64,000 bases of DNA, from positions 1 to 64,000 of the IMG/VR virus record IMGVR_UViG_3300017991_000075. One strand, given 5' to 3'. The position numbers and the translations under genes are program-made. Shown piece after piece: positions 59,101 through 64,000 of the stretch (position 1 is the stretch's first letter; each line of letters opens with the position of its first letter). The DNA comes from a virus. A model generated the notes under the pieces. It was not told where the DNA came from and ran no database searches. It saw nothing but the letters and a program-made list of their open reading frames with translations.

Positions 59101-62100
59101 GATTGCCTTCATCGTTTCTTTCAACGATGTTTGAGCTTCCTCAAATTCGGCAACTGTCGGCTCTGCTGTCTTCAGAAGATCTCGTAGAGTCACCAATTCC
59201 ACACGGGCGTCATGCAGCGCATCACGGAATACTCGCATTCCGCCTTCAGGAACGAGACCTTCGAGTTCTTCAAATGCAAAAGCAGCCTGACGTAACGCCT
59301 CATTATTCTGTTTGAGTGTTTCCTCCATTTCACCGACAAGAGCTGTCTCATCCAGCTTGCCTGACAATGATAGGATATTCTTCTTGTAGAGTTCGTTGGC
59401 GGCTTTCAAATCTGGGAATGAGCGCTCGACCTCTGACATCACTGATGTCAGACGTTCCTGCAGTTTGATAGCTTGTTTTGACTTCGCATCCCGATCCTTT
59501 TCACGGGACTCGATCATCTTGGCGCGGCCCTCTTCCAACAAAGCCAACTCGGCCTCTGCATGCAGCAGTTTGTCGAGAGCTTTATCACTGTGCTCGGCGG
59601 GCTCCTGCAGATTCTTGATCTTCTGTTTAGTAGCCTGGATCTCGGCATTGAGTTCACGAATTGTCTTAGGAACCTGAGCTGAGGCTGTACCCTTCTTCAG
59701 GAAACTAATTTCCTTTGTGAGGTTCTTACTCTCCGCATCGAGCTTCATGAAATCGGCACTGAGTTTCTTTGCCTCCTTCGCAGCAGGACCAAGATCCTCC
59801 ATCAACATAGCGTACATCATGCCGAGCTTCTTACCGGCCTTAGTATTGTCCGCCAGGTTGAGAACCATCCCCTTTGTAGCAGCCTCAAGTTTTTCAGCCG
59901 CTTTTGTTATATCGATCTGAAACTCGGTCTCTTCAGCAAGTTCTGTTTCAGCTTTAGCGAACTCAGCCTTGAGTGAAGCGCTGATCTGTTTCTGACGAGA
60001 TGCCATCTGCGTGACGACATCCTGCACAACCTTCGCAGCGAATGCCCGATCAACTTCACCGGCCAGACGTTCTTCCTTGGCTCCTGCGGTTTCACGCCGA
60101 ACACGACCACCACGAGCCATCCGTTCGATCGGTTTTTCGATGACGACGCCAAGGGTCTTACCGAACCATGTGATAAACGGACCCATGATCGTTTTGAAAT
60201 CAGCGCCGACATCTTCCCAGGTCTGCACCATGCGCTGTTCAAAATTCTTAGCAAACTCTTCGGCACGATCGATACGGGCCTTCTGATCCTTATCAGAAGC
60301 AAAAGACCCCATCGTGAGAAGACCGCTCGCGAACGTACGAGCGAAACCAACCAGTTTGCCAAACCCTTTGAACAATGTTCCACCAACCCACTTGCCGACA
60401 GCAGCCAGGCCCTGGAACGATTTTTTGATGCTTTGGATAGACAGATCGACCGTCTTGATCGCTGTAGAGAACGAACGGGCAAACAGCCTGCCAAGCTGTG
60501 CGCCCATATTGATCATGACCTTCTTTGCGGCGGCTTTGCTGAATGGGGCAACCAACGCTAGTAATATCGCATTCTTAGCGAGACCTACGCCATCACCGAT
60601 GTGCTCACCGATATCACGCCCGACTCTCGCGAGAGCCCCTATAAATCCCGGTTGTTTCGCAGCTTCACGAATCGTGTCACCGAGACTACGAGCAAGATCT
60701 ACAGGAACGCCGAACACCTCAGCAATTTTTACACGGGCTGCAACGAACGCCCGCTTGAAAGCAAGCCCAAGAGGTTCGGTGATGTGTTTGCTGATAAGAG
60801 CACCGATATACACACCAACGCGGACAATACCCGGCTTCACCGTGTCGAATGCTGATTTCAAAAGCGCGGGGATGCCTTTGACAATATTGAAGATGCCACG
60901 AATGACGAGAGGACCAAGAGAAGCGCCGAGGGCGATCCCTATAATATCCATGTTCTCGGTGACGACAGATAACAAAGAATTGAACGCCTGTTCAGCGTAT
61001 ACCGGTACGGATGCGCTGATGATGCCTAGTTGTGAGAGAGACCAGTCCCAAAAGTAAGAAAGCCACTGCCGAGCTTCAGATATCTTGATGCGGAGGGTGT
61101 TCATAACCCCTCCCATCCAGATACTTGCATCACGGTTGGCGTCATTTAGGAAGTTCTCAAGCTTCGTTTTCTGCGCAGCATCTGTACCAAAAACAAGTGC
61201 TCCGAAGACTCCGCCTGCTGCCATAGCAGCCATGGTCGTTGTCGTTCGGAGCAGCACTCTGCCGATCTTCATTACGGTGGACTTTGCTTTACCGACCGCG
61301 CTAGTAGTATCGACAGTCTTGAAACTGAATGCAGAGCCGATCGTTTTTCCGAGTTGCTTGAATCGGCCCTCTACCTTGTCTGCGCCGTCTATCGCATCCC
61401 GCGCCCCCTTTCGACCGATACGCTCGAATGTCGATACACCGACATCGCGCACGCCGAGGATCGCCTTGACAATGCGGTCCATTCCCTTTTCCATGCGTTT
61501 CACCAGATCATCGATTTGTCTACCGAGCATCTGTACGACCCGCATACCATCCATGATAGTCGTCTGTACCTGTTTCACCTTCTTGATGAAACCACCCTTG
61601 GCGAACTCCCGGATTAGCTTCGCAATCGGCTTTGCGTTGTCAGCAATCGCCCCCATGATCGGGAACATCTGACGAATGGCTCTCAAGAACAATGTCGTTG
61701 CAGCACGGCCATCACCGGCTGCAGCTCGAAGTCTTAGTATAAAAGCACTGATTCTTGTAGCGAACAAACGAACAGCGAACATCACCGTTGTAAACACGCC
61801 TACCATCGGCGTAATAACACCAGTAAATCCAACGACCTGAGCCGTCAACAATTTCATGCTGACGGTTGCTGTCGTTAGTAATGACGTTATCAAACCAAAA
61901 CGTTCAACGAAAATCTTCGTCCTGTATAACAACCCAATCAAACCGTCGTTCAATGCCGCGATAAGGGAGGCAAATCGTGCCAAAGTGCTTTCTGGTTTAC
62001 GCCCGAGGAACCGCAAAAACAGACTCGTTAGACCCTTCATACCGCCAAAGATCAGTCCTGTCGTTGCTACGATACCGAGCAAACTCTGTGATATGTTGGT

Positions 62101-62670
62101 CAAGAAACCAAGCAGCCCCTTGAAGTCGAGCGTTATGATGGCTGTAACAATGTTCTTCAGTATCTCTGCAAGAGAACCACCACCTTCAATTGCAGAACGG
62201 AGGACACCGGGTATCAATGCTCTAATATCAAATCCCGCTTTTACCAGCCGTTCAACAAGAGCTGTAACACCGAGGATGCTACCTAGCACCAACGGGCTCA
62301 CACGACGAGCACCTTCAGTGATTATTCTGAATACTTTCGTAACGCCATCCTCAGCATCCTGTCCAACATCCTTGACCTGTTTGCCGAGCCCTTTAGTGAT
62401 CTGAGTTTGAACGTTGCCGAGTTTGCCGTCGAGCATGTCAAAGAAATTTGTTGTGATCTTGGCGAACTTCTCAGCGAGATCCGACATGACCGTGATCTTA
62501 TCAGCGATCTGATCGAGAGCCGTGATGGCCTTGTCATCGATCTTGACTTGAATCGGTTTACGGCCGGTGAGAACCTTGTCAAGGCGTTCACCGATTTTGT
62601 CCAGTTGCTTGAAAACCTGATCGAGGTTCGATTGGAATTCGATTGCAACCTGTCCGATATTGATCGCCAT
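53170..62670 (-). CDS. Tail tape measure protein (3166 aa)
   Basis: MAINIGQVAIEF start; long helical Ala/Gly/Ile-rich and coiled-coil regions; directly after the frameshifted chaperone pair. Confidence 0.92.
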   Translation of the reverse strand: MAINIGQVAIEFQSNLDQVFKQLDKIGERLDKVLTGRKPIQVKIDDKAITALDQIADKITVMSDLAEKFAKITTNFFDMLDGKLGNVQTQITKGLGKQVKDVGQDAEDGVTKVFRIITEGARRVSPLVLGSILGVTALVERLVKAGFDIRALIPGVLRSAIEGGGSLAEILKNIVTAIITLDFKGLLGFLTNISQSLLGIVATTGLIFGGMKGLTSLFLRFLGRKPESTLARFASLIAALNDGLIGLLYRTKIFVERFGLITSLLTTATVSMKLLTAQVVGFTGVITPMVGVFTTVMFAVRLFATRISAFILRLRAAAGDGRAATTLFLRAIRQMFPIMGAIADNAKPIAKLIREFAKGGFIKKVKQVQTTIMDGMRVVQMLGRQIDDLVKRMEKGMDRIVKAILGVRDVGVSTFERIGRKGARDAIDGADKVEGRFKQLGKTIGSAFSFKTVDTTSAVGKAKSTVMKIGRVLLRTTTTMAAMAAGGVFGALVFGTDAAQKTKLENFLNDANRDASIWMGGVMNTLRIKISEARQWLSYFWDWSLSQLGIISASVPVYAEQAFNSLLSVVTENMDIIGIALGASLGPLVIRGIFNIVKGIPALLKSAFDTVKPGIVRVGVYIGALISKHITEPLGLAFKRAFVAARVKIAEVFGVPVDLARSLGDTIREAAKQPGFIGALARVGRDIGEHIGDGVGLAKNAILLALVAPFSKAAAKKVMINMGAQLGRLFARSFSTAIKTVDLSIQSIKKSFQGLAAVGKWVGGTLFKGFGKLVGFARTFASGLLTMGSFASDKDQKARIDRAEEFAKNFEQRMVQTWEDVGADFKTIMGPFITWFGKTLGVVIEKPIERMARGGRVRRETAGAKEERLAGEVDRAFAAKVVQDVVTQMASRQKQISASLKAEFAKAETELAEETEFQIDITKAAEKLEAATKGMVLNLADNTKAGKKLGMMYAMLMEDLGPAAKEAKKLSADFMKLDAESKNLTKEISFLKKGTASAQVPKTIRELNAEIQATKQKIKNLQEPAEHSDKALDKLLHAEAELALLEEGRAKMIESREKDRDAKSKQAIKLQERLTSVMSEVERSFPDLKAANELYKKNILSLSGKLDETALVGEMEETLKQNNEALRQAAFAFEELEGLVPEGGMRVFRDALHDARVELVTLRDLLKTAEPTVAEFEEAQTSLKETMKAIDTSIERTGKVQPKLAEQYNAQLNRVLELNKEIDRISTAYGDNQRMLGKIRGNFERMFKVLDTNVAEVAAGNTLADKLNERLGKTIQSRNEQERVERVGRARIEGASQAVIDSINAEIDERNQELVTLKEMRAKRDALAAEIDKGERILAMETQLRQGELKVTDELIQATGLTKTQLEAVSEAFKSGELTFGAVDEQLKAMSAELNAVQKTLERQRGDINEQIAISDTEATIALTKQQQTTAAALAEKTTAVEGSTAAAKAYMAESQRAASHLRKVSEVQAGRAVEVTTKAAALSGGLATSSKDMQKTGLSLQKLLAGVLAVGKDQAAVAQAVKGVSSKIESNLRGSKIFQFSEELARTGDPFLAFQRSVATMQRDVPAKLAEMSEGIKAFYNNMRSNSRLATQAVDNFGIETLRQFSNVADAMYGLEKKLSGGLTRGIDKFGEQSQAIKDLIMKTFLQGIGEGLSGENIVKKIQEALSMKGLGKIKIRATEMKNVVKQIENSLSGIAKSKKIVATGHNTLEAIAAEMQKGVRSLEKPSANAAQTVADYFMSSMPKKGPLRRTFVAMGQFGSIIGNQMMKGTADLGTATNKFVSGASKAGISMMQELGKGIVAGGNKLKAATAGILKAAIRDQMPSSLPKYGPLRDGIIKMREFGPLVGEQMLKGVGYLKELVGRVFNEGIVGAFSTVLGSLGKVVQGVTAGISSSLNWLANTFEKVISLPGTLLMKMSSMTKGVLGLILGTIGMVVKALTGFIGFVAVLPLRLVSVFTGIVGKVIGAVTGMIQSSINELFKFIDETANKLVQLQRQAVAVDVDLEQYDRLTRAFEMLGVNASEVQQAFLTLRSTVTQVISEGGVGEMSSIFAKVGITFNDLQKMKPDEMFMRMVTALRSGTLSMRDQERLLQAMGAQFGTLRGAVMDATADISGSIIAASKIPPIGKKGIEAAEKFKASIETSKQIFERIKIIIFEELAPFLANLMSNLETDGISLVTTILEHVRAFTRIAFRSLGLIFDYVKENWIKAKDGSQKFWSDVSAVANAFFTFIGGAINTLLKHGGGLVLTWLEMIFAAIPPKIKSTLAKAGIDALAEFIKFAAKAVSFAKNFALSLGEWLWNKIKLGVAVIIESIASGLESILVEIPFIGVDEGDLTSGLQYAIDTLKEEAAETADIWGNTIDRQEKDAARIESFYGGIQKKLKAAVDEGISAENVENAIKVIGNNVDELRDVIGDLGVTSRDVWDAQAEQLRLLDPMTEGYWDQVAALEKQRDTILKNIELHKKEKVSAQELVKHLRMMQELGLVDPGAITAGQVEAQRELRKQASGMMGEINEGFKEAGAAALEGFKKDAPELVRLGQQIGSVYEQEMADMDQRLQDASAEVQKQVEIQENLGKELDKNVHKFDAILTRLVEIVSKQSEYNTKVAELGGNYDKVGQAIASMQAERSKILEATIGSEAEIGFDAAEERFKAISDIAKTIGVGDEERLNKIRHQLYLISAVMQDARKSAVKGDMFGLEVAASVLEDVEDKMAEMLKGLFGETLPESIRESLVKKAPFTAGIVENLKSIERRQFLAVREALRAILKDAASDLGFEIFDAMLPEDERLVHVFETMQQLLTGSTEEVRKRLQYAAEQLQISGAQHNLEARIEERLHALVDLAQYRKQAEQETTQEEEKQNKLLQTRIKELSGAGPDAFSFEAAGFGVKEAKDLKREMRTAEIATAEAVRKLNELERVAVLFKGRKEGEAAKLEAASVRRRLEFQLAKEGITLDSDFDFSTATAGDISAEVKETIEDAMRQVEVYPFIHSNIAAPIGAALGDTITGVIDGSANKAVDAARKAAEETGNSFNATLYRISMFAKKIFDDLTDKAIAYLVNAAESGLSALLTKVFDKTLAAAAMGLLAIATGFLSNLQGSAEIIKDTVDDAVASTEEIRGVISGTTTVAIKETEEAFRASMRGTEKRLDTIIELMRSGAPMSAGNPLGATGGTTI

Positions 62671-62678
62671 TTCAGCTC

Positions 62679-63362
62679 CTACACGCTGATGCCACGCCTC
62701 TTCAACTGCTCACGAAGTCCGCCACGCCCTCTGTCGATATCCCTCTTGATATCATCGAACTTCGACGTACTCAGGTTCGCTCTGTTATATGTAGCCCATG
62801 GGGCGTTTGTTGGCTTTCCTGTCATCTTCGCAAATCCGGCGTCAAGCTTCTGCAGTATCTTCCACGTCTTCTCAGCTTTCTTGAACTCCGCATCCTCCTC
62901 CGGAGGGGGTGGTTGTCGCTCTCGTGGAGCTGAATCACCCTTTTCTATACCTACGTCCCGCTCAGCAAACCCAGCTCCATAGAGACCCTTGTATTCACGA
63001 TCAAGAGTATTCACCTGGTCTGAAATCTTGGTATTCAGCTCGCTGGCGGTCTTACCGGCCTCCTCTGAAATGACTGAGGAGATCGCCAGGCTCATTCCAA
63101 GGGACTGAGCCTGTTGCGCCTCCAGTTTTTGCTTCAAGGTGAGATAGATGAACGCTTTGAAGTCCCTAAGCGTCATGCCTTCGCGGATTTCTTCGAGACG
63201 GAATCCGGCTCCTATGAGAAGATGCTCGGCCGAAGTCAACCCGATGAGTTCTCCATCAGGACCTTCAATCCGCTCACCCTCTTCGACTTGAGCGGCTAGT
63301 CTTCGGAGTCCTTCTGGTCCTCCGTCGTCTCCTCCGTCAGGAACTTCTTGGCGTATTTTTTT
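62679..63362 (-). CDS. Tail assembly chaperone GT extension (-1 frame)
   Basis: The -1 frame is open from the A7 run (63356-63362) through the ORF-track 62679-63239 ORF, which has only a TTG start. Confidence 0.8.
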   Translation of the reverse strand, partial: KKIRQEVPDGGDDGGPEGLRRLAAQVEEGERIEGPDGELIGLTSAEHLLIGAGFRLEEIREGMTLRDFKAFIYLTLKQKLEAQQAQSLGMSLAISSVISEEAGKTASELNTKISDQVNTLDREYKGLYGAGFAERDVGIEKGDSAPRERQPPPPEEDAEFKKAEKTWKILQKLDAGFAKMTGKPTNAPWATYNRANLSTSKFDDIKRDIDRGRGGLREQLKRRGISV

Positions 63363-63766
63363 AGCGATCCCTCAACGAAATTCACGCGATAGAGAGCTTG
63401 GATCAGCATGATAACGTCATCCAGAAGAACCTCTTCAAGATCAGCTCGTGAAAGAACGGTGTCACCTGAGTCATTCACCTGACCGGCCACAACCAATCCG
63501 AGGATCTCTTCGTAATTGCTTTCTACGAGTTCAGCTCCTACCGCCATCCAGTCAACCAGATTGCTGATGTTGGTGGATGAGCCTTCAAAGGCCGTGAAGT
63601 CCTTGCCTTTTACGGCGTTGAGGATCTTCTTGATAAATCCAAGAACACCGATGACGTTGCGCACGCCGAATTCCTGGACCATGATCTTCTGGCCCGTGGA
63701 GATCTCTACGATCTCATTGGCGGCATTCTTGTTTTGTTTGCTTCCAGCAGCAGTTTCCTTACCCAT
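63296..63766 (-). CDS. Tail assembly chaperone (gpG analogue)
   Basis: 156 aa, GGAGG RBS, slippery CTA AAA AAA TAC near the 3' end, upstream of the TMP. Confidence 0.85.
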   Translation of the reverse strand: MGKETAAGSKQNKNAANEIVEISTGQKIMVQEFGVRNVIGVLGFIKKILNAVKGKDFTAFEGSSTNISNLVDWMAVGAELVESNYEEILGLVVAGQVNDSGDTVLSRADLEEVLLDDVIMLIQALYRVNFVEGSLKKYAKKFLTEETTEDQKDSED

Positions 63767-63832
63767 TTTTCCTCCAAAAGTAACACCTCAAAAATAGCAG
63801 CAAATGTCTGTGTCAGCATACATCCTATGTGT

Positions 63833-63869
63833 GAAAAAGAAACAGGCAGGGAATAAATCCCTGCCTGTT
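63833..63869 (-). terminator. Intrinsic terminator after the putative major tail gene
   Basis: AACAGGCAGGGA-TTTAT-TCCCTGCCTGTT followed by TCTTTTT on the minus strand. Confidence 0.8.
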
Positions 63870-63892
63870 CAAACACCGCTGCTGGAGGTGTT

Positions 63893-64000
63893 TTATGCGC
63901 AAGCTCCAGTAGGACTGACAAAGAAGTCGGTCCATTTCTTGAGCAGCACAAAGCGGCCACGCCGGCCACGACCATCATTCAGGATGGTCGCCATCATGGA
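63893..64000 (-). CDS. C-terminus of the upstream gene, probably the major tail (tube) protein
   Basis: Open frame SMMATILNDGRGRRGRFVLLKKWTDFFVSPTGACA*; the product is inferred from synteny only. Confidence 0.5.
   Translation of the reverse strand, partial: SMMATILNDGRGRRGRFVLLKKWTDFFVSPTGACA

Noticed and set aside
63706-63978. ORF-track 90-aa ORF
   Set aside because: It crosses a terminator and overlaps the chaperone start; another frame ending at 63893 fits the upstream gene better.
1-64000. Stop-codon reassignment, introns or inteins
   Set aside because: TAA, TAG and TGA all end genes at sensible points, coding density is high, and Pol, helicases and RecA show no intein or intron signatures.

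Overview
A 64 kb segment of a large, long-tailed dsDNA bacteriophage (siphovirus-like Caudoviricetes, about 50% GC, standard genetic code). There are no host housekeeping genes, tRNAs, integrase, capsid or large terminase in the window. Left to right: (1) a 3'-truncated tail-fibre-like gene with 36-aa His repeats, missing from the ORF track (1-2753, minus); (2) a minus-strand replication block with a TerS-like HTH protein, gp32-like SSB, UvsY-like protein, family A DNA polymerase carrying an N-terminal UDG-like domain, and a histone-H1-like protein; (3) about 25 small minus-strand early/accessory genes, including a stand-alone Spo11/TopoVI-A-like protein; (4) a mostly non-coding, GATC-poor 25.3-27.2 kb region full of palindromes, helically phased repeats and a candidate ~500-nt structured RNA, probably the packaging/first-injected end; (5) primase-DnaB operon (minus) and a divergent plus-strand operon (HTH initiator with adjacent iteron origin, SF2 helicase, UvsX/RecA, 5'-3' exonuclease, Mre11/Rad50, RuvC-like resolvase, sigma factor), separated by a control region with structured RNA leaders on both transcripts; (6) the minus-strand tail module: tail-tip and receptor-binding proteins, a 3166-aa tape measure protein, and tail assembly chaperones with a -1 frameshift. 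All calls come from reading motifs by eye; no database searches were run.
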